From Spirochaetia bacterium (GTDB taxonomy: Bacteria; Spirochaetota; Spirochaetia; CAKZLE01), in the NCBI GenBank assembly GCA_963677595.1, contig OY782041.1:3776001-3840000 (forward strand): a DNA stretch of 64,000 nucleotides, read 5' to 3'. How positions within the stretch are numbered: position 1 is the first letter of the stretch; the number at the start of each line of letters is the position of its first letter. This document shows, one piece after another, positions 21,695 through 30,898 of the stretch. Made by a program: the position numbers and the translations under genes. Under the pieces are notes generated by a model, which was not told the origin of the DNA, did no database searches, and saw only the letters and a list, made by a program, of their open reading frames with translations.

Positions 21695-23008
21695 ATGGAC
21701 CATAACGAAGAACACCGAAGCTATTTCATAGAGACCTACGGCTGCCAGATGAACATCGCCGAGTCCAATGTGCTCGATGCCGAGTTCCTCAAGCGGGGCT
21801 TTCGTGCGGCAAACTCACCCGAGGATGCCGATATCGTCATCCTCAACACCTGCTCGGTGCGAAAAACGGCTGAGAACAGGATCTGGGGCCGGCTCGGCTT
21901 CTACAAGCATCTCAAGCAGTCGAAGGACCTCAAGCTCATCATCACTGGCTGCATGGCTGAGCGGCTGAAAGAGGAGCTCATCGAGAAGGAACCGTCCGTC
22001 GACCTGGTCATCGGCACCAACGACAAGACCGATATCATCCATTTCCTCTCCCAAGACGATTCGGTAAGCGACGAGTACAGTTTCGCATCCTCCTACTACC
22101 GGGATGGCGAATACTCCGCCTTCGTCCCGATCATGAACGGCTGCAACAACTTCTGCGCCTACTGCATCGTCCCCTATGTACGGGGCAGGGAGATCTCCCG
22201 TAAGGCAGACGAGGTCGTTGAGGAGATCCGTTCCTTGACAGCGAAAGGAGTCAAGGAGGTTACGCTTCTCGGACAGAACGTCAATTCCTATGCCTACACC
22301 TGCGAGGATGGCTCCCAGGTCGATTTCCCAGCCTTGCTGCGCCGTATCATCGCTGAGGTGCCCGAACTCACCTGGCTCCGTTTCATGAGTGCCCACCCCA
22401 AGGACTTCCCTGATGAGCTCATCGAGCTCATCAGCAGGGAGCGGGCGATCTGCAGCCATATACACCTGCCCATGCAGAGCGGTTCGACGGGGATACTGAA
22501 AGCCATGAATAGGAAGTACGATGCCGATACCTATTACGGGATCATCGAGAGACTGAAGACTGCCGATTCGGAGATGACCTTCACCACCGACATCATGGTC
22601 GGATTCCCCGGGGAGCGTGAGGAGGACCTTGAGGACACCTTGGGCATGATGAGACGCTCAGGCTTCAGCGAGTCATATATGTACTACTACAACCCAAGGG
22701 AGGGTACTGCCTCCACCAGGCTGCCTGACCAGCTCGATGACCGTACCAAGCTCGCACGGCTGCAGCAGGTCATCGACCTGCAGCGGGAATTGACGAATGC
22801 ATACAAAAAAACCACTATGGGAAAGACAGTGACCGTTTTATGTGATAGCATATCTAAGAAGGATACCGAGGAGTTCGTTGGTCATACTGAGCATAACGAC
22901 AGGATCGTCTTCCCGAAGGACGACTCTGTATCCATCGGCGACATCGTAGAACTGAAGGTGACCGACGTGATCGGCACGACCTTACGAGGAGAGTACCATG
23001 TCTGTTAA
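21695..23008 (+). CDS. miaB: tRNA ms2i6A37 methylthiotransferase
   Basis: TYGCQMN, NTCSVR..AE, GCMA, GCNNFCAYCIVPYVRGRE, LLGQNVNSY, TRAM C-terminus. Confidence 0.95.
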   Translation: MDHNEEHRSYFIETYGCQMNIAESNVLDAEFLKRGFRAANSPEDADIVILNTCSVRKTAENRIWGRLGFYKHLKQSKDLKLIITGCMAERLKEELIEKEPSVDLVIGTNDKTDIIHFLSQDDSVSDEYSFASSYYRDGEYSAFVPIMNGCNNFCAYCIVPYVRGREISRKADEVVEEIRSLTAKGVKEVTLLGQNVNSYAYTCEDGSQVDFPALLRRIIAEVPELTWLRFMSAHPKDFPDELIELISRERAICSHIHLPMQSGSTGILKAMNRKYDADTYYGIIERLKTADSEMTFTTDIMVGFPGEREEDLEDTLGMMRRSGFSESYMYYYNPREGTASTRLPDQLDDRTKLARLQQVIDLQRELTNAYKKTTMGKTVTVLCDSISKKDTEEFVGHTEHNDRIVFPKDDSVSIGDIVELKVTDVIGTTLRGEYHVC

Positions 23009-23375
23009 GACCATACTGTATATCATAGCGGCAGCGATCCTGATCCTGTTCATCGCATTCAACCTCAACAACACCTCTGATATTTCCTTCATCTTCGCCA
23101 CCCTCGAGGAAGTACCGGTCTTCTTCACCGTTTTCATCTCCATCCTCATCGGCGTGCTCATCATGCTGCCCATGACGCTGACCGCACGCGCTGCCTCCCC
23201 GAAGAAGCCTAAGAAGGACAAGAAGAAGAAATCGACCCCGGAGGATGAGATCGCATCGATCGAGGCCATGCTCGAGGACCAGCCGGCACCTGAGCAGCCT
23301 AAGAAGCGGGGGTTACGGAAGAAAGAGAAGTACGGCGAGGCTGAGAAGGTCTCCGATACCGATATCAGGGAGTAG
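22998..23375 (+). CDS. LapA/DUF1049-like membrane protein
   Basis: Two TM helices with FIAFN...ISF...VP motif and charged tail. Confidence 0.65.
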   Translation: MSVKTILYIIAAAILILFIAFNLNNTSDISFIFATLEEVPVFFTVFISILIGVLIMLPMTLTARAASPKKPKKDKKKKSTPEDEIASIEAMLEDQPAPEQPKKRGLRKKEKYGEAEKVSDTDIRE

Positions 23376-23406
23376 GCACAGCCTGCTCACAGATCTGAGA
23401 TAGTCT

Positions 23407-23699
23407 TCACTTCATCAGCTTCAGGAGCTTGTCGAAGTCGCTCTCGAAGAGGCGGTCCTGGGTGATGCGGTATTTCTCGAATTCACTCTCAGCATATGCC
23501 TTAGCCAGTTCTGCAGTCACCTTACCATCCGCGGCAACTATTAAGTATTTCTTACTAGTTGCCTCACTCGTGAACTCTTTATCAGAATAGATCTGTTACA
23601 TGTGTTGGTTTACTGCTGGAACACTGAATCTTCTTCAAGTTCACTATCAGAATATACCTTCTTCAGATGGTACTGTACTGTATGAGTTTCCACGTCATA
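23407..23699 (-). pseudogene. Fragmented RhuM-family (virulence RhuM / DNA-binding) gene remnant
   Basis: Minus-strand translation: YDVETHTVQYHLKKVYSDSELEEDSV (23699-23622), frameshift, SVPAVNQHM*QIYSDKEFTSEATSKKYLIVAADGK, then VTAELAKAYAESEFEKYRITQDRLFESDFDKLLKLMK* (stop 23407-23409). These match RhuM N- and C-terminal motifs with the middle missing. Confidence 0.8.
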
Positions 23700-23833
23700 C
23701 ACGCAGCAATTCTGTAGCTGCACAGAGCTGCATCTATCTGAAAAATCATACACATCACCTATCCTGCTGCAGCACAGGGGCATGGTATACTACCCATACA
23801 GCATGCTTGATCTTTTTCTAAAGGGGTATGCAC

Positions 23834-24016
23834 ATGAATTACAAAGTCCATCGCCTTGACGTGAAACGGGATACGATACAGATCGTCCTTGAGACCTACC
23901 TGAACCAGCTGCAGGGAGAGGTAGTATCTATCATCCCCGATGTACGGCCGGCGTTCAGTCCTATGGGCGCCACCGCAATAACTGACTTCCTGCTGATCGT
24001 CGAGAAGGTAGGCTGA
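23834..24016 (+). CDS. Small hypothetical protein (60 aa)
   Basis: AGGGG RBS; globular-looking YKVHRL...YLNQLQGEVVSIIP...DFLLIVEK. Confidence 0.6.
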   Translation: MNYKVHRLDVKRDTIQIVLETYLNQLQGEVVSIIPDVRPAFSPMGATAITDFLLIVEKVG

Positions 24017-24028
24017 AATTCTCTCCTG

Positions 24029-24087
24029 TTCATGCAGTTTGTCGTGTACTTGCCCGAAGTTGTCATGCAGCTGTCAGGTGCATGACA
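24029..24087. promoter_or_regulatory. Candidate operator upstream of XRE regulator
   Basis: Inverted repeat TGTCATGCA-N9-TGCATGACA (24061-24087) plus TGTC/TGCC words at 24040, 24051, 24061, 24072. Confidence 0.4.
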
Positions 24088-24138
24088 TGGTAATCCCAGC
24101 AGGAAGTGGTAGTCTTAGGGTATGTCAAGGAGGACATT

Positions 24139-24720
24139 ATGAAACAACCGGAACTTGGCAATATGGTTGCCGAACTAAGATTACAGAAAGGCCTTACCCA
24201 GGAGAGACTGGCAGAGGAGGCAGGGATAAGCGTACGGACCATCCAGCGCATCGAGAAGGGTGAGAGCCAGCCGGAGCTGTACAGCTTGAACAGGTTGAGT
24301 GAGATCTTGGGTCTTGATCTCGGAAGGGATACGGTATTCGATGTCTGGTTAGGTGCCCTGCACCTCAGTTCTGTTCTCTGCATCCTTGTGATCCCGCTTC
24401 TCATCTGGATCTACCGGAAGGGGAAGGACCCGCTGATCGAGAAGCATGGACGGGACGTGCTGAACTTCCAGATCACGGTCACTATCCTGCTGGTAGTCAC
24501 CGTGGTGTTCCTGCTCGCAAGCCCCCTGCTCATTGTCATGATCAATGAAGGCGGCTGGATCGAGCTGTCGGAGAAGACCATGATCGTGGTCAGCCTGGTA
24601 CCGGTAGCGATCCTGATCTGTATCGGGTTTCTCTGCTTCTTTACCGGGATCAGGAACACGCTGCGGGTGTTGAACAACAAACCGTACCATTATCCTATGA
24701 GCATACCGTTCCTCAGGTAA
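24139..24720 (+). CDS. XRE-family HTH regulator fused to DUF4870 membrane domain
   Basis: LRLQKGLTQERLAEEAGISVRTIQRIEKGE; LHLS..IPLLIWI..HGRDVLNFQIT..YHYPMSIPFLR; AGGAGG RBS. Confidence 0.88.
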   Translation: MKQPELGNMVAELRLQKGLTQERLAEEAGISVRTIQRIEKGESQPELYSLNRLSEILGLDLGRDTVFDVWLGALHLSSVLCILVIPLLIWIYRKGKDPLIEKHGRDVLNFQITVTILLVVTVVFLLASPLLIVMINEGGWIELSEKTMIVVSLVPVAILICIGFLCFFTGIRNTLRVLNNKPYHYPMSIPFLR

Positions 24721-24726
24721 GGTATA

Positions 24727-25497
24727 TCAAAGCTGTGAGTTCGCTTGCATGATCTCATGGAGCGATACCTCTTCGTTGCGGTACCGCTCCTGTCTATTAC
24801 GCTCGAACGAAACTGTGAGAGCCAGCTTCGGGCAGTGATGCACGCAGGCAAGGCAGAAGTCGCAGTCAGTCCCGAACGAGGGAGTCCCTTCGTGGAGGGT
24901 TATGTTCCGCTTCGGACAGACCCGCTCACAGATCCCGCACCGAATGCAGAGACCCGGGTCAAGCCTGAACCGGGATGGCTTATCTGAGACAGGGAGCATC
25001 CGGTATAGAGCATGTCCGAACACTGAAAGCGGTGACGGCTTCCTGATACTCTTTCGCCTGTTCTGTATATCCTTCACGATCCTGTCGAACTGCTCATCAA
25101 TGTGCTTATCCACGTTACACTGCTTACCTACATCGAACATTGGGAGGTAATTGTCGATCATCAACAGGCCTGTAGCGTAGTCGATGCTCACTCCATGCTT
25201 CCTGCAGTAGCCCGTGAACCAGATATCAGCATCTGCCAGGGCATTGCCGTAGGTCATGATGACGAAGATATAGCTGCATGCAATCTCTGCTCTCCTGATG
25301 AACTGTTTGACCGTACCGGCAGTCTCGAACCCGTAGGTGGGGATGACCAAGCCTACAGCATCTGAATCGTGGTAGTTGAGCTCCGGCTTCTGCAGTTCCT
25401 GCGGGATGGCATGCAGTTCCACTCCTGGTAGAGCATTAGCAAATCGCTTAGCGATCGAGAGGCAGTTCCCTGTGGCAGTATAATAGAAGATCTTCAT
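24727..25497 (-). CDS. EFR1-family ferredoxin (flavodoxin-like N-domain plus 2x4Fe-4S)
   Basis: MKIFYYTATGNCLSIAK, MIDNY, CIRCGICERVCP, CDFCLACVHHCP, RYRN. Confidence 0.88.
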   Translation of the reverse strand: MKIFYYTATGNCLSIAKRFANALPGVELHAIPQELQKPELNYHDSDAVGLVIPTYGFETAGTVKQFIRRAEIACSYIFVIMTYGNALADADIWFTGYCRKHGVSIDYATGLLMIDNYLPMFDVGKQCNVDKHIDEQFDRIVKDIQNRRKSIRKPSPLSVFGHALYRMLPVSDKPSRFRLDPGLCIRCGICERVCPKRNITLHEGTPSFGTDCDFCLACVHHCPKLALTVSFERNRQERYRNEEVSLHEIMQANSQL

Positions 25498-25536
25498 GTG
25501 GTCACACCAGCGAATGGGGCTCCTTCATCATGATAC

Positions 25537-25580
25537 GAAGCCCTTCATACCGCATGATCTTCTGCTGTATGAAGGGCTTC
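25537..25580 (-). terminator. Hairpin downstream of tmRNA
   Basis: 14-bp inverted repeat GAAGCCCTTCATAC / GTATGAAGGGCTTC 8 nt past the ssrA 3' end; no strong U-tract. Confidence 0.6.
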
Positions 25581-25588
25581 ATCCGAAG

Positions 25589-25945
25589 TGGAGGTGGCGG
25601 GAATCGAACCCGCGTCCTACAGGGCTGTCGCATGACGTCTACAAGCTTATTCCTATATTTAGCTTCACACAGACAGGGTCATAGGACGAACCCCGTGCTA
25701 TGCTACATCCGAATAGATGTCCCTTGCTGACCATCGGCATGAAAGCAGGTGAGCCCTGGAATTGTTACAGATAACGATGGATTCAGGGCGGCGTCCATCA
25801 CATCCGTCGCAGCGATTATGCTGCTAAAGCAAAGTCTGCTTCGTAATTTTCTTCAGCAGTTACATTAATGCCAGGATTTAGGAGTGTAGCGACTCCGCTG
25901 CAGCCATGAAACTAGCGATCCGGCAGTCGAAACCAGTGCACCCCC
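25589..25945 (-). ncRNA. ssrA: tmRNA; tag reading frame AEENYEADFALAA* at 25857-25816
   Basis: 5' GGGGGUGCACUGGUUUCGAC and 3' GCGGGUUCGAUUCCCGCCACCUCCA form an acceptor stem with G3-U70; tag ends ALAA; directly downstream of smpB. Confidence 0.97.
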
Positions 25946-25952
25946 GAATTGC

Positions 25953-25981
25953 ATCATAGATAATACTCATATTACTGGAAA
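25953..25981 (-). promoter_or_regulatory. Putative ssrA promoter
   Basis: Minus strand TTTCCA-17bp-TATGAT ending 7 nt before the mature 5' end. Confidence 0.45.
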
Positions 25982-26004
25982 AAGGAAAGGGTCACAGGCA
26001 AAGA

Positions 26005-26454
26005 TTACATCTTTATTTGCCGCTGGGCCTCACGCTTCTGGTCCCGTTCCTTGATCGTGTTCCGCTTGTCGTGGAGCTTCTTACCCCGTCCGAGGGAGAC
26101 CTCCACCTTGATGAGGCTCTGCTTGAAGTATACCTTCGTGAGGATGAGGGAGAAGCCCTTCTCATCGACCTTACGCTTCAGTTTCTTGATCTCCTGTTTT
26201 GAGGCAAGGAGCTTGCGGTTCCTGTCAGGCTCATGGTTATGGATGCTCCCGTGGGAGTAGGGCGACACATGGAAACCTACGAGGATGAGCTCCCCATCGA
26301 TGATCCTGATGTAGGAGTCGCTGAAGGAGAATTTGTTCGCCCTGATCGACTTCACCTCAGTCCCTTCGAGCACGATGCCGCACTCGAGCGACTCGACGAT
26401 CTCGTAGTTGAAGTAAGCCTTCTTGTTCTTCTGCAGTATCTTTATATCACCCAT
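26005..26454 (-). CDS. smpB: SsrA-binding protein
   Basis: NKKAYFNY, GIVLEGTEVKS, RKLL, GKKLHDKR. Confidence 0.98.
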   Translation of the reverse strand: MGDIKILQKNKKAYFNYEIVESLECGIVLEGTEVKSIRANKFSFSDSYIRIIDGELILVGFHVSPYSHGSIHNHEPDRNRKLLASKQEIKKLKRKVDEKGFSLILTKVYFKQSLIKVEVSLGRGKKLHDKRNTIKERDQKREAQRQIKM

Positions 26455-26455
26455 G

Positions 26456-27820
26456 TTACTTAACGATCCTCACTGCGGTCCTGAACCCGATGAAGGGGGA
26501 ACAGGATGCCGCTTCGACCATGCCCCGTGTCTCTACAGTGACCCCGTCATTCGCGTAACTGCCGCCCTTGACCGTCAGCAGCCCGGCAGGTAGGTCAAGA
26601 TGTGTCCCTGCAGTCTGACGGGTCTCCTCGTCTAGGTACTGGGGGTTGAACAGGTAGCTTGTAGAGGTCATCTCCCAAAGACTGCCGAACATGCCGAAGA
26701 GCTCCTTCGCAGGAGTCGTCACGCTCAGGAGCTGCCGCACATAGCTCGATTCTGTAGCGTATGCGGCTGCAGCCGCATCCCACTGCTCCTCGGTCGGCAG
26801 GAAGAGTTCCACGTCATACCCTTCACTCTTCAGCTTATTGCCGTACCAGTCAATGAAGGCCCCTACGACAGCATAGGAGATGTTCCGTACCGGGCGGTTG
26901 GCCGGGGCAGTGACATCGATCCCATCGAGGTAGAGCTCATCGACGAGTCCCTGCTCGATGAGGGAATCCATGTTCCCTGCATCCCAGGAGGGGTTCTCGA
27001 TGAGGAACTGTGCGAAGACCTCCTCAGTCATCTCTGTGGAGGCGATGTAGAACGATTCATCTGAAGTCACCTCCAGGTAGTTCATGTCGTCAATAGTAAG
27101 GGTATCATAGCTGCCGGAGGCAGAGATCCCCTCGCTCCCGGCAAAGCCTGTGCTATAGCGACTGTAGGGGATCGAAGCGGTTATGGTATCCCTGACGGCA
27201 GCAGGGAGCAGGGAGAGACCTGCCTCGTAATCGGCCTTCATCTCTTCCGAATTGAGGTAGCCAAGTGCATAGGTGAAGAACGGCACGACTGCAGTATCCT
27301 GATGATCCCCCGCAGTCACGAGATCCTCTGCTGTCTCGGTGAAGATCTGCGGGAGGAAGTAGTTCTCACTGAACTGCTTGACAGGAGCCCACTGCTCGAC
27401 CTGCGAGAGCCTCCAGCTCAGGTAGCCAGAGGTGTCTGCGATAGAGGTATCAGCGGTGAAGCGGGTCTCTTTCCGGAAGAACATGGTGAAGAAGATGTTG
27501 GCGGGGACTGCAGCAGCCTCGATGGTCGCCTCAGCGAAGTACGGCTTGCGTACCGTGATGGTATAGGTCCCCTTCTCGACGAAGTGGGGCACGCCGCTCT
27601 CTCCGATGTATTGGTCATCTACATATACGGCACAGTTCTCCACGTTCGTGTCCACCACCAGGTAGGAACCGCCGCGGATGATGCCGGGCAGCATGCAGAG
27701 GATGAAAAAGGCAGCCAGGATGCCGACGATGTAGAGTATTGGGACATATGTGGTAGGAGGTATGCCGGCGATCGGTTTGAGCTTGACGACATCCTCTTTC
27801 TCGATGGTAAGTTTCTTCAT
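26456..27820 (-). CDS. Membrane-anchored PEGA plus FGE-sulfatase (SUMF1/CLec-like) domain protein
   Basis: TM helix; PEGA (VYVDDQYIG..GTYTITVRKPYF); TEMT, PVRNIS, LPTEEQW, GMFGSLWE, KGGSY, IGFR; start MKKLTI at 27820. Confidence 0.78.
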   Translation of the reverse strand: MKKLTIEKEDVVKLKPIAGIPPTTYVPILYIVGILAAFFILCMLPGIIRGGSYLVVDTNVENCAVYVDDQYIGESGVPHFVEKGTYTITVRKPYFAEATIEAAAVPANIFFTMFFRKETRFTADTSIADTSGYLSWRLSQVEQWAPVKQFSENYFLPQIFTETAEDLVTAGDHQDTAVVPFFTYALGYLNSEEMKADYEAGLSLLPAAVRDTITASIPYSRYSTGFAGSEGISASGSYDTLTIDDMNYLEVTSDESFYIASTEMTEEVFAQFLIENPSWDAGNMDSLIEQGLVDELYLDGIDVTAPANRPVRNISYAVVGAFIDWYGNKLKSEGYDVELFLPTEEQWDAAAAAYATESSYVRQLLSVTTPAKELFGMFGSLWEMTSTSYLFNPQYLDEETRQTAGTHLDLPAGLLTVKGGSYANDGVTVETRGMVEAASCSPFIGFRTAVRIVK

Positions 27821-27885
27821 ATGTCGTAGATTATAGATGTCAATATAACTTGTCAATGGAAACCTATTGTGATAGGTTTTTAGTG

Positions 27886-28875
27886 ATGAAAAACACGAAC
27901 GAAATGGCCTTTACCGGGAAGCTCGTAGCCTTCACCGAGAAGAGGCTTACCATACGAAGGGCGAAGAACCGCATCACCGATGAGAAGAACAAACGCAAGG
28001 GACCGGTCAGGGAGTGGATCGAGGCGATCCTCTGGGCGGTGGTCATCGTCTTCCTCATCAACCAGTTCATCTTCCAGCTCTACCAGATCCCGACCTCATC
28101 GATGGAATCCACCCTCCTGATCAAGGACCGTGTCTTCGTGAACAAACTGGTCTTCGGTCCCGAGATCTATCCCGGTGGTCCCAAGATCCTCGATTACCGC
28201 GATCCGGAACGTGACGACATCATCATCTTCGAGAACCCGAACTATATCTCACGCGGCCCGGTCTTCGATATCCTCAACCGGGTCATCTACATGGTCACCC
28301 TGTCGATGGTGAACATCGACAAGGATGAGAACGGGAACCCAAGGGCACAGCTCTACGTGAAGCGTATGCTCGGCTTCCCCCAGGATACCGTGACCTTCGA
28401 CCAGGGGGAAGTCCTCATAACTCCTTCAGGCTACGAGACAGCGATCCCTGAGGCAGAGTTCAGGGCTGATGCAGGGCTGAACAGCTACCGGCAGCGGCTC
28501 TTCTCAGACGATGACTATACCTCGTTCACCGCCTATGCACAGCTCCAGGCCTATGCCAAGGAGGGCGTACAGGCCCCGGCAGGGCTGCAGTCGCTCTACC
28601 GGCAGAACGAACTGGGTCTGCAGGACTACTACCATATCTACAAGGAATACCACGCCATGAGGTCGAGGATCTCACCTGATGACCTCACGGTCAGGTCCGA
28701 GTACACCCGGTATAGAAACGGGTTCTACCTGCCGGACGGCTACATGCTCCCGATCGGGGACAACCGCGACAACTCAGGTGACGGACGGTATTTCGGCCCC
28801 ATAGCCATTCCAGAGGTGCTCGGGAGGGCTACCTTCAGGTTCTGGCCACTGCCGAGGATGGGTGTCCTTGATTGA
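27886..28875 (+). CDS. lepB: Signal peptidase I
   Basis: IPTSSMESTL, DRVFVNK, YVKR, GDNRDNSGDGRYFG, FRFWP. Confidence 0.95.
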   Translation: MKNTNEMAFTGKLVAFTEKRLTIRRAKNRITDEKNKRKGPVREWIEAILWAVVIVFLINQFIFQLYQIPTSSMESTLLIKDRVFVNKLVFGPEIYPGGPKILDYRDPERDDIIIFENPNYISRGPVFDILNRVIYMVTLSMVNIDKDENGNPRAQLYVKRMLGFPQDTVTFDQGEVLITPSGYETAIPEAEFRADAGLNSYRQRLFSDDDYTSFTAYAQLQAYAKEGVQAPAGLQSLYRQNELGLQDYYHIYKEYHAMRSRISPDDLTVRSEYTRYRNGFYLPDGYMLPIGDNRDNSGDGRYFGPIAIPEVLGRATFRFWPLPRMGVLD

Positions 28876-30097
28876 TGCCTTTGCAGCAGCCGATCGTATA
28901 GAGGACCTCTCACTCTATATACACGTCCCATTCTGTCTGAGAAAATGCCACTACTGTGACTTCTTCTCCGCCCCCTGCAGGTCTGATGACCAGACCATCC
29001 TGGCATACGGCGCTCGGATGCTTGCCGAAGTGCGTCAGCTCAACAGGGTCTACCCCAAGCCCTTTACCACGGTGTACATCGGAGGGGGGAATCCCGGCAT
29101 GCTCCCTGACTCCCTCATGGCAGAACTGCTCGATGAGGTCCATGCGAACGGCGACCCGGATGAGGTCTCTGTGGAGATGAACCCAGAATCCCTCGACGAG
29201 AAACGGCTCTCCATGCTATCGGGGAGGATAGATCGGCTGAGCATCGGTGTGCAGTCACTGCAGGCTATCAACCTGCAGATGATCGGGAGGAACAGTACCA
29301 GGGAACGGACGCTCTCTGGACTGAATGCGCTGCACCATGTCCGTGACGCGTTCGAGATCAACTGCGATATTCTCAACGCGATCCCCGGGCAGCAGTACCA
29401 GGATACCGTGAACGATATCTCCTACCTGTATGAACTCATCAGGCCTGACCACTTCTCGGTGTATGACCTCATCCTCGAGGAGGGGACCCCGCTGCATACC
29501 CGGCTCTCGATCGACCCCCTCTATAAGACCGATGTGAATGGCAACTTCGACATCGACACCGCGAACGTCAAGCACTACCTCGAGTCACTCGGGTACGGCC
29601 GGTATGAGGTGTCCAGTTATGCACGGGATAAGCGGACCTGCCGGCACAACCAGCGGTACTGGAAGATGAGGCCGTACCTCGGCATCGGGCCGAGTGCCGT
29701 ATCCACGCTCCCCGTCCCCGGCGGTATCGCCAGGGTGACCTGCACCCCGGACAACACGAAGTACATCGCTGCCGACTCGATCCTTGGTCAGGACCTGTAT
29801 GAGGTCGAGCGCATCTCCCCGTTGGAGTTTCTCGAGGAGATCTGCATCATGGGGCTCCGTACTGCTGAAGGGATAGACCTCGCCCGGGTAGAAGAGGACC
29901 TTGATATCTCACTCGCTCAAGCGGTGCCGAAGACCCTGCACAAGTACCGCGAGCGGGGGGACCTGCTCGAGAAACCGGGATTTATTACCGCTTCCGCTTC
30001 AGGTATGGTAAAATTGAATACGATCCTCCTCGATATCTTCCTGGAGCTCGAGGGGACGGAAGTTAGCTACACGCAGGCACTTGACACCGTTTTTTAA
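28862..30097 (+). CDS. hemW: HemW/HemN-like radical SAM heme chaperone
   Basis: LYIHVPFCLRKCHYCDF, YIGGG, RLSIGVQS, YEVSSYA, HNQRYW. Confidence 0.8.
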   Translation: MSLIDAFAAADRIEDLSLYIHVPFCLRKCHYCDFFSAPCRSDDQTILAYGARMLAEVRQLNRVYPKPFTTVYIGGGNPGMLPDSLMAELLDEVHANGDPDEVSVEMNPESLDEKRLSMLSGRIDRLSIGVQSLQAINLQMIGRNSTRERTLSGLNALHHVRDAFEINCDILNAIPGQQYQDTVNDISYLYELIRPDHFSVYDLILEEGTPLHTRLSIDPLYKTDVNGNFDIDTANVKHYLESLGYGRYEVSSYARDKRTCRHNQRYWKMRPYLGIGPSAVSTLPVPGGIARVTCTPDNTKYIAADSILGQDLYEVERISPLEFLEEICIMGLRTAEGIDLARVEEDLDISLAQAVPKTLHKYRERGDLLEKPGFITASASGMVKLNTILLDIFLELEGTEVSYTQALDTVF

Positions 30098-30151
30098 GCT
30101 ATGATATTTTCTCTACGTAATGAATTAGGGATATACACATGAGGAGACCAT

Positions 30152-30895
30152 ATGTCAGGACATAGTAAATGGGCATCCATCAAGCACAAGAAAGGTGCGG
30201 CTGATGCTAAGAGAGGAAAGATCTTCACCAAGATCATCAAGGAGATAACCGTTGCGGCAAAGATCGGGGGAGGGGATCCTGAGGCGAACCCGAGGCTCAG
30301 GACCGCCATTCTCAAGGCTAAGTCAGAGAACATGCCGAAAGATAATATCGAGCGTGCGATCAAGAAGGGTACAGGGGACCTCGAGGGCGTCAACTATGTT
30401 GAGCTCACCTATGAGGCGTACGGACCCGGCGGCTTCGCGCTCATTATCGAGGCACTTACCGACAACAAGAACAGGACCGCAGCAGATGTACGTTCGATCC
30501 TCACCAAGGGCGGCGGCAACCTCGGGGAGACGGGCAGCGTCTCCTACCTCTTCCAGCGGAAGGGGATCATCGCCTACGAGAGTGAGAACTACTCTGAGGA
30601 TGACCTCTTCGAGATCGCCCTCGAGGTCGGGGCTGAGGATGTCAAGAACGAAGGGGACGTGATCGAGGTCATCACGGCACCTGAGGACTTCAACGAGGTG
30701 CTCGAAGCGCTCCAGGAGAAGGGACTCACCGAGAGTTCTGCTGAGCTCACCCTCATCTCCGATACTATGATAGCCCTTGACAACGAGAAGACCGGTAAGG
30801 CACTGAGGCTGATCGACCGACTCGAAGATAACGATGACGTACAGACGGTCTCATCGAACCTCGAGATCCCGGATGACTACGAGCCAGAAGAATAG
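30152..30895 (+). CDS. yebC: YebC/PmpR family protein
   Basis: [42 protein letters not shown]. Confidence 0.96.
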   Translation: MSGHSKWASIKHKKGAADAKRGKIFTKIIKEITVAAKIGGGDPEANPRLRTAILKAKSENMPKDNIERAIKKGTGDLEGVNYVELTYEAYGPGGFALIIEALTDNKNRTAADVRSILTKGGGNLGETGSVSYLFQRKGIIAYESENYSEDDLFEIALEVGAEDVKNEGDVIEVITAPEDFNEVLEALQEKGLTESSAELTLISDTMIALDNEKTGKALRLIDRLEDNDDVQTVSSNLEIPDDYEPEE

Positions 30896-30898
30896 CCG

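Noticed and set aside
23600-23821. 73-aa plus-strand ORF
   Set aside because: No RBS or motif; better explained as the antisense of the rhuM remnant.
26456-26600. FGE/CLec C-terminus as a diversity-generating retroelement target
   Set aside because: No template-repeat copy, no reverse transcriptase or avd gene, and no hairpin downstream within the window.
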